From an uncultured Micrococcales bacterium (GTDB lineage: Bacteria > Actinomycetota > Actinomycetes > Actinomycetales > Microbacteriaceae): DNA of 54,981 nt. Below the pieces are notes generated by a model. It was not told the DNA's origin, searched no databases, and saw only the letters and a list, made by a program, of their open reading frames with translations. This document shows, piece by piece, positions 31,955 to 40,878 of the stretch; position 1 is the first letter of the stretch, and each line of letters opens with the position of its first letter. The stretch covers positions 1-54,981 of the forward strand of contig CAISOV010000083.1 in the NCBI GenBank assembly GCA_903887175.1, read 5' to 3'. The position numbers were made by a program, and so were the translations under genes.

Positions 31955-32608
31955 CTAGTGGGCTTTCGGTGCCTTTGGTTTTCCGGCTGGTCGTTCGCGG
32001 CGGTTAGCTGCCGGAACCCACTTTACGTCACCGCCGTGCTTGATGTTTGCATATCGTGCGAGCACGAAAAGCAGGTCACTCAAACGGTTTAGGTACCTTG
32101 CGGCGAGCACGCTAACCCCGCCGTCGGTCGAACCTTTTTTAGCTGGGTCAGTGCCATAAGCTTCAATGGCGTGCCAGGTGGCGCGCTCAGCGCGACGAAC
32201 TACGGTGCGGGCGAGGTGCAAGCCGGCAGCCAGACCAGAACCTCCAGGCAGAATAAATGAGTCGAGTTTGCTCAGGTCTGCGTTGTATTTATCAATGGCA
32301 GCTTCAAGGGCGTCGATCCATTCGGCACCAACGCGGAGTGGCTCATATTCGTAGTGCTCGTTCAGCGGGTTTGAGAGGTCTGCACCTAAATCAAACAGGT
32401 CGTTCTGAATCTGCGACAGCAACTCTAAAGTCTCGTGATCAAACTCGTTGCGAGCCAACGAAACTGCAACGCCGATAGCTGAGTTAGCTTCGTCAACGTC
32501 GGCATAAGCCTCGATGCGTGGGTCGGTTTTGCGGGTGCGGGTGAAGTTGCTTAGACCCGTCATGCCTTCGTCGCCGGTGCGCGTGTAGATTTTTGTAAGT
32601 TTGACCAT
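31955..32608 (-). CDS. PduO-type cob(I)alamin adenosyltransferase
   Basis: KIYTRTGDEG, DVDEANS, QNDLFDLGADL, FILPGG, RTVVRRAER, YLNRLSDLLF. Confidence 0.93.
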   Translation of the reverse strand: MVKLTKIYTRTGDEGMTGLSNFTRTRKTDPRIEAYADVDEANSAIGVAVSLARNEFDHETLELLSQIQNDLFDLGADLSNPLNEHYEYEPLRVGAEWIDALEAAIDKYNADLSKLDSFILPGGSGLAAGLHLARTVVRRAERATWHAIEAYGTDPAKKGSTDGGVSVLAARYLNRLSDLLFVLARYANIKHGGDVKWVPAANRRERPAGKPKAPKAH

Positions 32609-32630
32609 GCATCAAGTTTAGGCTTGTCTC
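32609..32630. promoter_or_regulatory. Overlapping divergent leaderless promoters
   Basis: + strand TAGGCT(32619-24)-N6-ATG; - strand TAAACT(32620-15)-N6-ATG. Confidence 0.75.
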
Positions 32631-33437
32631 ATGCGCTTTTTACTCCCACCCAGCGAGACCAAGGTAAGTGGTGGCACAGGCGCAAATTTGAGCTCGGATT
32701 CCCTGTCTTTCACCGACCTAACCGCGGCTAGAACTCAGGTTTTGGCTGCGCTTGAGTCACTCGCGGTTGACCCAGTTTTGGCAGCCAAAGTTTTGAAACT
32801 CGGGGCGAAGCAGCTGGGCGAGCTGACTGCGAATCGGCAGTTGCGCACGTCGCCGACCTTGCCTGCACTTGAACGCTATGACGGAACCCTGTTCGATGCG
32901 CTTAAGGGCATCGAGCCCGCGGTGGCCGGGGGAGCAGTGAACCCGATGAGTACCTTGGCACAAAGTCGCTTAGCCGAGCACGTATTAATTCAGTCGGCGT
33001 TGTTCGGTTTGGTTTCGGCTGCCGACCCGCTACCTGCCTATCGCCTGTCAGGCACAACGTCGTTGCCAGGGGTTTCGCTCAAGAAGTTATGGGCCGAGGC
33101 ACATGCTGGGGGGTGGCAAGAGGTCGGCCGCGGCCACCTGCTTGTTGACCTTCGTTCAAAAACATATGCTGAGTTAGCGCCATTGCCAACCGACGGCTCA
33201 GTTGATTGGGTTTGGGTTGAAGTGGTGCATGAGGGGCCTGACGGCACGCGCAAGCCAATGAACCACTTCAACAAAAAAGCCAAGGGAGTTTTGGTTCGCG
33301 CCGCGCTTCAGGCAAGGCAGCTGCCAAAGACTCTTGCCGACCTCGCGAAGGTCGCCCAGACCGTGGATCTTGAGCTAGAAATGCCAACGGGTGACCGCAC
33401 CGCGGTGCTGGTCACCCGTGAGCAGGTTTCTCGTTAG
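32631..33437 (+). CDS. yaaA: Peroxide stress protein YaaA (UPF0246)
   Basis: LLPPSETK, PALERYDGTLF, SALFGL, YRL, DLRS..Y, KKAKG. Confidence 0.88.
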   Translation: MRFLLPPSETKVSGGTGANLSSDSLSFTDLTAARTQVLAALESLAVDPVLAAKVLKLGAKQLGELTANRQLRTSPTLPALERYDGTLFDALKGIEPAVAGGAVNPMSTLAQSRLAEHVLIQSALFGLVSAADPLPAYRLSGTTSLPGVSLKKLWAEAHAGGWQEVGRGHLLVDLRSKTYAELAPLPTDGSVDWVWVEVVHEGPDGTRKPMNHFNKKAKGVLVRAALQARQLPKTLADLAKVAQTVDLELEMPTGDRTAVLVTREQVSR

Positions 33438-33457
33438 AGCCTTTCGGCTCGGGTTTG

Positions 33458-35014
33458 CTAGAAACCGATGATTCCGTCTGCCATCGCAGGAACCCTTGCA
33501 TAGGCGTTTGCGCCTGAGAACAACTGATACGCAGGCACCAGCCAAACCTTTCCCTTTGCGTCACTGATCTGCATCCACGAAAGTTCGAGGTGGTCGATGA
33601 CGATATCTTTGACTTCTGGTGTTGGTAACAGAAATGTTTCATTTGGAATTGGCATTGGGTCTACCAGGGCCCCGCCTTCGGTGGGCAAAGGAACTGGCTC
33701 GGCGGTCACCTCAGGAATCGGCATCGCAGTCGGCGCATCACCAGCAACATACGAAGCCACGGGCCCGGGCGTTGCCGTTGGCAAAGCAATCGGCGCTGGC
33801 GCTGAAGCAGAACTCGATGACCCCGCAGCTGCACCACCCTCGATCGACCCATAGCCCGCAACCGGTGCTCTCTTAGCGACGCCATCGACTAATATTCCAT
33901 ATCCGCCAAAGAACTGCCATTTAGGGTCGTTTGCGCGGGCAATCGCGTCAACTTCTGAGATTGTCTCGAAACTGCCTTGGTCGACTAGCTTCGAGGCCAA
34001 TCCGTTTGCGGCAACTAGCGTTCCATCTGAACTCCAGGTCATCGAGAAACCTAGATCACTAAACGCATTGCCTTTGCGGGTTGCTAAGTTTGCCTGAGCA
34101 TACGCCGAGGTTATGCCGGCATCGTTCTTGCTCACCTGAATATCGCCGGCTTCAAAACTAAAACCCGTTTGAGCGAATAGTTTGATGAATTGTGTTTTGG
34201 CGTCATCAATTGATGGCTTTGATGCGACTTCAACTGGGCATGGCTGTGGTTCAATCTTGCCTGCGTCTGAACTTATGGCGCAACCATAAATGTTTAGGTT
34301 TGGAATCTCTAGCCACCAGCCACCACTTCCCGTGGTTGAAAGTGTGAGTTGAGGTTTTCCGGGTGTCAGGTCAAAGGGCTTAGTCTCATCTAGCGCGGTT
34401 GTAAAGTCGGCGTAGATTCCCTTGTGCACCTTCTGAGTGATTCCTAGGTAATCAGCTATGTTCTGCAGAAAGCCAGCCGGGTCAGCTAAAGGTTCAAGCG
34501 AATAGATGTGCTCTGAACCAGTGTCACTCGAAAGTGATGAACCAGCTAAATAATTGTAGGTGAATGCAGGCAACATCGCTGCCATTCCGCCACCGGCGGC
34601 GATTGAATTGGCTGCGATCTTGCTGTCGCTCTGGGCTGGCGCCTGGCCCTCATTTGGGCCAGCAACTGTAAACAGTGTGCGCTGACTGCCGCCCAGAGTG
34701 CCCAGTGACATCGACCCGAACACGGCAATCGCGGCTACTGCGGCAACGGCGCTCAATGATGACCCGAGCACGAAACGTGGGCGGGTTTGGTAGGCTTCGG
34801 CAATCCGGCTTGCGATTTGCGAGGCGACACGGCCGGCGGCACTTTGGGGTGTTGATGCCGCTGACGATGCATGTGCGATGGCGTCATCGACGAGGGTCGC
34901 GCTGAGGGTGCTGGCATCAAAGCCAGCGGATGGGTCGGCAGCTGCGACGCGAGCTAGCAGTTCGTCGTTCGCCGAGTTTTCAAGCGAACCGTTGTGCGAA
35001 TTATTTTCGTTCAT
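33458..35014 (-). CDS. Single-TM membrane protein, putative anti-sigma factor with a large extracytoplasmic domain
   Basis: N-terminal DELLARVAAADP, TM segment (LSAVAAVAAIAVFG), Pro/Ala-rich linker, C-terminal WLVPAYQLF; directly downstream of the ECF sigma gene. Confidence 0.6.
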   Translation of the reverse strand: MNENNSHNGSLENSANDELLARVAAADPSAGFDASTLSATLVDDAIAHASSAASTPQSAAGRVASQIASRIAEAYQTRPRFVLGSSLSAVAAVAAIAVFGSMSLGTLGGSQRTLFTVAGPNEGQAPAQSDSKIAANSIAAGGGMAAMLPAFTYNYLAGSSLSSDTGSEHIYSLEPLADPAGFLQNIADYLGITQKVHKGIYADFTTALDETKPFDLTPGKPQLTLSTTGSGGWWLEIPNLNIYGCAISSDAGKIEPQPCPVEVASKPSIDDAKTQFIKLFAQTGFSFEAGDIQVSKNDAGITSAYAQANLATRKGNAFSDLGFSMTWSSDGTLVAANGLASKLVDQGSFETISEVDAIARANDPKWQFFGGYGILVDGVAKRAPVAGYGSIEGGAAAGSSSSASAPAPIALPTATPGPVASYVAGDAPTAMPIPEVTAEPVPLPTEGGALVDPMPIPNETFLLPTPEVKDIVIDHLELSWMQISDAKGKVWLVPAYQLFSGANAYARVPAMADGIIGF

Positions 35015-35021
35015 ATGTTGG

Positions 35022-35049
35022 TTATGTCGCTTTCTTGGCTAATCTTTCA
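35022..35049 (-). promoter_or_regulatory. Putative ECF-dependent leaderless promoter of the anti-sigma gene
   Basis: TGAAAGAT-TAGCCAAGAA-AGCGACATAA-N7-ATG. Confidence 0.72.
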
Positions 35050-35512
35050 GAAGCTCAGCGAGCTTAGTGCGGGCGCGGTGCAGGCGAATGCTGACCGCGT
35101 TTGCAGAGATACCCAGTGCTGCAGCGGCTTCTTCAACACGAAGACCTTCGAAAGCCACGAGTGCCAACGTGGCGCGTTCGGCCGCGCCGAGTTTGGCCCA
35201 GGCCTGGGCAAGCGCGATGTCGGCCACTGCGATTGACTCTGCCGAGGGGGAGTGGTCGGGCGGGGTGAGGCTGGCGATGAAACGATTGCGCGTTGTGGCT
35301 CGCCGACGCGCGTTGGCCACCACGAAGCCAGCAATGCGATAAAGCCATGGCAGCTCAAAGCCAGCTACAGCGTCAACGCGCTTGCTCCACGCGATCTCAA
35401 AAACCTCTGAACAAAGATCTTCGACTTCTGAGAACTCAACGCGCCTTGCCAAGAACTTGGCGATTGGCGTCTGGTGCTGGCGATATAGCGCGCTGAATTC
35501 GTCAGGGGTCAT
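35039..35512 (-). CDS. ECF RNA polymerase sigma-70 factor
   Basis: Region 2 (EDLCSEVFEIAW, PWLYRIA) and region 4 (LVAFEGL..EEAAAALGISANAVSIRLHRAR). Confidence 0.93.
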   Translation of the reverse strand: MTPDEFSALYRQHQTPIAKFLARRVEFSEVEDLCSEVFEIAWSKRVDAVAGFELPWLYRIAGFVVANARRRATTRNRFIASLTPPDHSPSAESIAVADIALAQAWAKLGAAERATLALVAFEGLRVEEAAAALGISANAVSIRLHRARTKLAELLKD

Positions 35513-35519
35513 ATTGTGA

Positions 35520-35547
35520 TTATGTCGCTAGTGCGAGTCATCTTTCA
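35520..35547 (-). promoter_or_regulatory. Putative autoregulatory ECF leaderless promoter of the sigma gene
   Basis: TGAAAGAT-GACTCGCACT-AGCGACATAA-N7-ATG. Confidence 0.72.
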
Positions 35548-36114
35548 TTCGAGTTTTATTGAAGTCTCGGCGTCGCGGCGAACCTCAGGAACATCACGAT
35601 ATGTGATGCCTTCGTGGGCTAGCAACCAGCGTTTGGTTGGCAGGCCGTCGCCACCGCTATAGCCGGTGATGCGGTCGCCGGCGCCCAAAATGCGGTGGCA
35701 GCCGACGACGAGTGGCACAGGGTTTGAGCCCACGGCACCGCCAACGGCTCGAACGGCAGCAGGGTTGCCGATGCGGCGAGCAATTTCGGCGTAGGTGATT
35801 GCCTCACCGAAGCCCACTTTGGCAATCTCGACCCAAACTGCGCGCTGAAAGTCAGTGCCCTCATAAGCCACTGCAAAGTCAAAGTTCTTGCGTTTGCCCG
35901 CGAAGAAATCGCGCACCTGGGCAGCGGCTTCGACGAGTACTTTGGCAGGGGGAGTGGCGGTGCCGGCTGCGGCACTAGCCGTGTTAGAAACGTTTCTCGC
36001 AGTCGCTGAGCCGAGTAGGTCGACTTTGACCACGGCGTTGTCGTGAGACTTGAGAGCGATTGGGCCAATAGGTGAGTCGATGGTTAGGGCTGAGTCGAAG
36101 ATTACAGTTTTCAT
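35545..36114 (-). CDS. ogt: Methylated-DNA--protein-cysteine methyltransferase
   Basis: IDSPIG, GTDFQRAVW, TYAEIA, RAVGGA..SNP, GCHR active site, TGYSGG; TAGGTT-N6-ATG at 36114. Confidence 0.92.
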   Translation of the reverse strand: MKTVIFDSALTIDSPIGPIALKSHDNAVVKVDLLGSATARNVSNTASAAAGTATPPAKVLVEAAAQVRDFFAGKRKNFDFAVAYEGTDFQRAVWVEIAKVGFGEAITYAEIARRIGNPAAVRAVGGAVGSNPVPLVVGCHRILGAGDRITGYSGGDGLPTKRWLLAHEGITYRDVPEVRRDAETSIKLE

Positions 36115-36198
36115 TCCCAAAACCTAACTGTCGGCGGCGGCATCCGTGTTTAATAAATGCTAGTCGGGTGACAAGTAGCAAAAGTGAAAATTGTGCGC

Positions 36199-36241
36199 AA
36201 AAAAAGAAAGGCCCGGTCTTTCGACCGAGCCCTTCTTTTTT
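36199..36241. terminator. Intrinsic terminator of the aminotransferase gene (A and T tracts on both sides)
   Basis: AAAAAAAGAAAGGCCCGGTC-TTTC-GACCGAGCCCTTCTTTTTT. Confidence 0.85.
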
Positions 36242-36250
36242 ATTGATTCT

Positions 36251-37750
36251 TTAGAACGCACGCCACGCTTCGTCGAGGCATCCGCGCAAAATCTGCTCAA
36301 TCTCGTTGAACTCGTCTTGGCCGATGGTCAAAGGCGGGGCAAGCTGCACAACCGGGTCGCCACGGTCGTCGCTGCGGCAATACAAACCCTCTTCGAACAT
36401 GCGGTGACTCAAAATGCCTCGAAGCAGTTTCTCTGACTCAGCGTCATTAAACGTCTCTTTGGTGTTCTTGTCTTTCACAAGTTCGATTGCAAAGAAGTAA
36501 CCTTCGCCGCGAACATCGCCAACAATCGGCAAGTCTTTTAGCTTTTCAAGAGTTGCCCTGAACGCACCAGTGTTGCGAGCCACGTTGCCAACCAAGTCTT
36601 CTTCTTCAAAGACGTCAAGGTTAGCCAAAGCGACGGCAGCCGAAACTGGGTGGCCACCATAGGTGTAACCGTGGGGGAACAGCGTGGTGCCGTGTTTGAA
36701 GGGTTCAAACAAGCGCTCGCTGATCATCAACGCGCCAATAGGTGCATAGGCGCTGGTCATGCCTTTGGCGCAAACCAACATGTCAGGTTCGAAGCCGTAC
36801 AACTCTGAAGCAAACATGGTGCCAATGCGGCCAAAGCCGTCGATGGTCTCGTCGGCCACCAGCAGAACATCATATTTGTTGCAGATTTCACGAACCATGT
36901 CGAAATAGATCTTTGGCGAAGTGAAGCATCCGCCCGAGTTTTGAACTGGCTCTAAGAAGAAGGCAGCGACGGTGTCTGGGTCTTCAAACAAGATCATTTC
37001 TTCGACACGATTAGCGGCCCAAATAGCAAACTCTTCTTCGGTGGCAAAGTCATCTTGCGCGCGGTACCAGTTAGTGTTCGGCACGCGAAACGTGCTTGGC
37101 ACTAGCGGTTCGAACATCTTCTTCATCGATGGAATGCCGGTTAGCGACAGGGCTCCGTGCGAAGTGCCGTGATAGGCAACTGCGCGGGTCAAAACCTTGT
37201 GCTTCATTGGCTTGCCAGTCATTTTGAAGTATTGCTTTGCTAGCTTCCAGGCCGTTTCGTTTGCCTCGCCACCACCGGTGGTGAAGAACACTCGACTCAA
37301 GCCTTTAGGTGCATAGCTGATTAGGCGTTCAGCAAGCTCGATGCCTGCTGGGTGTGCGTGTGACCAGAGCGGAAAATAGTCGAGCTCTTTCATCTGCTTG
37401 GCAGCAGCTTCGGCAAGACGTTCACGGCCGTGACCGGCGTTTACCGAAAATAGGCTCGAGATTCCGTCAAAGTATCGCTTGCCGGTGCTGTCCCAAAAGT
37501 GGTGACCAGAAGCGCGGGTAATGATTGGCATGTCAGCCTTTTGATAAGGGCTGTGCCTGGTGAAATGCAAAAACATGTGCTCTTTGGCAGATTTTTGAAG
37601 CATTTCGTGTGTCGGCTCGATGCCTGCTTTGCGGGCATCTTGCAGCGGGGTGGCGCGGTCTGCTGCTGCGCTGGCCGGTTTGACCGGAGCCTTGAACACG
37701 GACTTAATTCCGCGAACAAGCTTTCCTGCTTGGCTTTCCTTGGTTGCCAT
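36251..37750 (-). CDS. Class III PLP aminotransferase (putrescine/omega-amine:pyruvate type)
   Basis: GGEANETAWKLA, AYHGTS, EPVQNSGG, VADETIDGFGR, CAKGMTSAY, HGYTYGGHP. Confidence 0.88.
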   Translation of the reverse strand: MATKESQAGKLVRGIKSVFKAPVKPASAAADRATPLQDARKAGIEPTHEMLQKSAKEHMFLHFTRHSPYQKADMPIITRASGHHFWDSTGKRYFDGISSLFSVNAGHGRERLAEAAAKQMKELDYFPLWSHAHPAGIELAERLISYAPKGLSRVFFTTGGGEANETAWKLAKQYFKMTGKPMKHKVLTRAVAYHGTSHGALSLTGIPSMKKMFEPLVPSTFRVPNTNWYRAQDDFATEEEFAIWAANRVEEMILFEDPDTVAAFFLEPVQNSGGCFTSPKIYFDMVREICNKYDVLLVADETIDGFGRIGTMFASELYGFEPDMLVCAKGMTSAYAPIGALMISERLFEPFKHGTTLFPHGYTYGGHPVSAAVALANLDVFEEEDLVGNVARNTGAFRATLEKLKDLPIVGDVRGEGYFFAIELVKDKNTKETFNDAESEKLLRGILSHRMFEEGLYCRSDDRGDPVVQLAPPLTIGQDEFNEIEQILRGCLDEAWRAF

Positions 37751-37781
37751 TTGATATCACTCTTAACTAGTTGGTTTTCTG

Positions 37782-37810
37782 GGGTGCCTAGCGGGTGCTT
37801 AGCGGGTGCC
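37782..37810 (-). repeat. 11-nt tandem repeat spanning the Lrp stop codon
   Basis: + strand gggtgcc-tagc-gggtgct-tagc-gggtgcc. Confidence 0.7.
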
Positions 37811-38272
37811 CCAGTTGTAGAACTGCTTGTGCAGCCTCAAATAGACGAATGTCTCAGTCGAGGTCACTCCGGGCAGTGTCCGGATTTTTTCGTTGAGTAA
37901 GTCGATGAGATCTTCATCGTTCTCACAGACCACCTCAACCAAAATATCAAAGCTACCTGCGGTTAGCACCACATAGTCAACGGCCATGAGTTCGGCAATT
38001 TTGTCGGCGATTTCACGGGTGTCGCCACCGCATCGAATGCCGATCATCGCTTGGCGATAGAAACCAAGCTGCATTGGGTCGGTCACGGCTACCACTTGCA
38101 TTACGCCGGTTTCGGTGAGTTTTTGCACGCGTTGACGCACTGCTGCTTCGCTCAGTCCGACGTTTTTACCAATTTCGGCATAAGATTTTCGGCCGTCATG
38201 CTGAAGCTCTTCGATGATTGATTTAGAGACATCATCGAGTTGGCTCGATTTGGCGCGAATAATTCGTGACAT
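37799..38272 (-). CDS. Lrp/AsnC family transcriptional regulator
   Basis: LDDVSKSIIEELQHDGRKSYAEIGKNVGLSEAAVRQRVQKL HTH; C-terminal RAM domain (AGSFDILVEV). Confidence 0.95.
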   Translation of the reverse strand: MSRIIRAKSSQLDDVSKSIIEELQHDGRKSYAEIGKNVGLSEAAVRQRVQKLTETGVMQVVAVTDPMQLGFYRQAMIGIRCGGDTREIADKIAELMAVDYVVLTAGSFDILVEVVCENDEDLIDLLNEKIRTLPGVTSTETFVYLRLHKQFYNWGTR

Positions 38273-38276
38273 ATAA

Positions 38277-38380
38277 AGATTTTGTCACTAAAAATGGCAT
38301 TTCACTAACGATTCCGCACCATATTTACCATTTCGCAACTAATTCGATAGCAAAATTGCCAAATTTGCTACGGATGCAAG
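38277..38380. promoter_or_regulatory. Putative Lrp/AsnC binding array (about 31-bp period)
   Basis: GATTTTG (38278), GATTCCG (38310), AATTCGA (38341); shares AACGATWCCGCACCA with 43108-43122. Confidence 0.6.
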
Positions 38381-38424
38381 AAAGCTGGGCATATAAAATA
38401 GCCATAAGTCAAAGGAGTCTAATC

Positions 38425-39864
38425 ATGGCAGTTCGTGAACTTAAGAACTTTATTAACGGTGAGTATGTTGAAGCCCGCGGTGAGGGCAAACTAGACATCA
38501 TAAACCCAGCAGACGCGCAGGTTTATGCAACCAGCCCAGTTTCAAATGCCGCCGATGTTGATGCCGCTTTCAAAGCCGCAGATAAGGCTTTTGAAGAGTG
38601 GTCACAGGCCACACCAAGCGAACGCCAGCTGGCGCTGTTCAGAATTGCAGATGCCATGGAGGCACGCGCCGAAGAGTTCGCTGATGTTGAAAGTCAAAAC
38701 ACCGGCAAGCCTCGTTCGACTCTTGTGGAGTATGAGATTGCCCCGTCGGTTGACCAGATACGTTTCTTTGCCGGTGCCGCGCGCAACCTTGAGGGGCGGG
38801 CCACTGCCGAGTATGCCCGCGACCACACGTCTTCGATTCGTCGTGAACCAATCGGTGTGATCGGTCAGGTGACGCCGTGGAATTATCCGTTGAATATGGC
38901 CACCTGGAAGTTCGCGCCGGCGATTGCTGCCGGCAACACAATTGTTTTGAAGCCGTCAGACACCACCCCGGCTTCAACCTTGTTGCTAGCCGAAATCGCC
39001 AGCGAGTTTTTGCCTGCCGGTGTGTTTAACGTGGTCACGGGTGACCGCGGCACTGGTCGTGCGATGATCGAAAACCAGATTCCGCAAATGGTGTCGATCA
39101 CTGGTTCGGTTCGAGCCGGCATGGAGGTGGCTCAGGCCGCCGCCGCAGACCTCAAGCGAGTTCACCTCGAGTTGGGTGGCAAAGCACCTGTGATTGTGTT
39201 TGCTGACGCTGACCTGCCTAAAGCGGTTGCCCAAATCGTGGTCGCCGGCTTCTTTAACGCGGGTCAAGACTGCACCGCGGCGACTCGCATCTTGGTGCAC
39301 GAGTCGGTTCACGACGAGTTCGTTGCCCTGTTAACTGCTGAGGTTCGCGCCAATGCTGTTACGGGTGCGCCGTCGCGCGATGACATTTTGTTTGGTCCGC
39401 TCAACAATGCAAACCAGATTGCCCGCGTTCAGGGCTTCATCGACCGTCTGCCAAACCACGCGAACATTGAAGCCGGCGGCCACCGCATTGCTGGCGAAGC
39501 TGGCTACTATCACGAGGCAACTGTGGTTTCGGGCCTCACTCAGACAGACGAGGTTATTCAGAGCGAGATTTTTGGCCCGGTCATCACGGTTCAAAAGTTC
39601 AAAGATGATGCCGAAGCGATGCGCAACGCCAATGACGTGGCCTATGGTTTAGCTTCTTCGGTCTGGACTACAAATCACACTCGCGCAATGCGTTTTGCTA
39701 AGGGCCTGAACTTTGGTTGCGTGTGGATCAACACCCACATTCCATTGGCTGCCGAAATGCCTCACGGTGGTTTCAAGCACTCAGGCTATGGCAAAGATTT
39801 GTCAATGTATGGCTTTGAAGATTACACCCGCATCAAGCACGTGATGAGTTACATCGGCGACTAG
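38425..39864 (+). CDS. Gamma-aminobutyraldehyde dehydrogenase (PatD-like ALDH)
   Basis: TPWNYP, LKPSDTTP, ITGSVRAG, LELGGKAP, NAGQDC, EIFGPV, EMPHGGFKHSGYGKDLS; AAGGAG RBS before ATG 38425. Confidence 0.92.
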   Translation: MAVRELKNFINGEYVEARGEGKLDIINPADAQVYATSPVSNAADVDAAFKAADKAFEEWSQATPSERQLALFRIADAMEARAEEFADVESQNTGKPRSTLVEYEIAPSVDQIRFFAGAARNLEGRATAEYARDHTSSIRREPIGVIGQVTPWNYPLNMATWKFAPAIAAGNTIVLKPSDTTPASTLLLAEIASEFLPAGVFNVVTGDRGTGRAMIENQIPQMVSITGSVRAGMEVAQAAAADLKRVHLELGGKAPVIVFADADLPKAVAQIVVAGFFNAGQDCTAATRILVHESVHDEFVALLTAEVRANAVTGAPSRDDILFGPLNNANQIARVQGFIDRLPNHANIEAGGHRIAGEAGYYHEATVVSGLTQTDEVIQSEIFGPVITVQKFKDDAEAMRNANDVAYGLASSVWTTNHTRAMRFAKGLNFGCVWINTHIPLAAEMPHGGFKHSGYGKDLSMYGFEDYTRIKHVMSYIGD

Positions 39865-39970
39865 TCGCAAAGTGCTGTGTTTAGTTAGTCGACACTAACT
39901 AGTTTTTTGAAATACAAGGCGTAGCCTCAAATTAATAAACCATTCGGGTTTATGAAAAGGGGCAGAAATC

Positions 39971-40747
39971 ATGAGACTAGAAGGCAAAGTAGCAGTAATC
40001 ACTGGTACCGGTTCGGGCATGGGGCGCGCAATGGCGAACCTGTTCACAAAAGAAGGCGCAAAAGTTGTTGCTGCTGAGTGGAACCAAACAAGTCTTGACG
40101 AGGTTGTGGCCGAGGTGAAAGCTGCAGGTGGCGACATCACGGGCGTGCAGGGCGATGTTTCAAATCGAGCCGACGACCAGCGCATTATTCAAACTGCGAT
40201 TGACACATATGGTCGCATCGACATTCTCGTAAACAATGCGGGCATTATGGACAACATGGCTGCCGCAGGTGACTTTGATGAGGCAACCCTCGAACGCGTT
40301 ATGGCGATCAACACCTATGGTCCGCTCTATCTAATCAACGCAGCTTTACCGCACTTTTTGGGTCAAAACAAAGGTGTGATTGTCAACGTTGCTTCGCTGG
40401 CCGGCATCGGTGGTGGCGCAGCTGGCGTGGTCTACACAATGAGCAAGCATGCCGCGGTTGGTTTGACTAAAAACACAGCGTGGATGTATGCCAAGAAAGG
40501 CATTCGTTGCAACGGCCTCGCAGTCGGTGGCGTCGCTACCGGCATCATGCAGAACACAGCGGGCAAAGTTGCTGACATGGATCTGACCTCGGTTGGTCCG
40601 GCACGCGCAGGGGAGTGGGCTTCGATGGCACCAGCTTTTGGTGAGTCAATCGACATCGCTTATGCGGCACTTTATCTAGCAACTGACGAATCGAAGTTTG
40701 TCAATGGCGCCATATTGAACATCGATGCCGGTTGGTCGGCTGTTTAA
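39971..40747 (+). CDS. SDR family oxidoreductase
   Basis: TGTGSGMG, LVNNAG, YTMSK (YxxxK), IDAGW. Confidence 0.93.
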   Translation: MRLEGKVAVITGTGSGMGRAMANLFTKEGAKVVAAEWNQTSLDEVVAEVKAAGGDITGVQGDVSNRADDQRIIQTAIDTYGRIDILVNNAGIMDNMAAAGDFDEATLERVMAINTYGPLYLINAALPHFLGQNKGVIVNVASLAGIGGGAAGVVYTMSKHAAVGLTKNTAWMYAKKGIRCNGLAVGGVATGIMQNTAGKVADMDLTSVGPARAGEWASMAPAFGESIDIAYAALYLATDESKFVNGAILNIDAGWSAV

Positions 40748-40769
40748 ACGTTTTGCCAGCAATAAATTT

Positions 40770-40797
40770 GAGGTGCCTCGAATGGGGCACCTCTTTT
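40770..40797 (+). terminator. Intrinsic terminator after the SDR gene
   Basis: GAGGTGCCTC-GAAT-GGGGCACCTC-TTTT. Confidence 0.8.
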
Positions 40798-40878
40798 CAC
40801 AGCTGGCCTTTTAGATCATTTGTGCACAATTCGAAGCGGTTCGTCACCGTTGCGACTTGGTTCTGAAAAAGTTGAGCG

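Noticed and set aside
38266-38424. 53-aa N-terminal extension of the ALDH in the ORF track
   Set aside because: It overlaps the lrp start and the regulatory region; the AAGGAG RBS and homology support ATG 38425.
40821-40829. DnaA-box-like 9-mers as evidence of a replication origin
   Set aside because: Isolated single copies, with no box cluster, AT-rich unwinding element or dnaA nearby.
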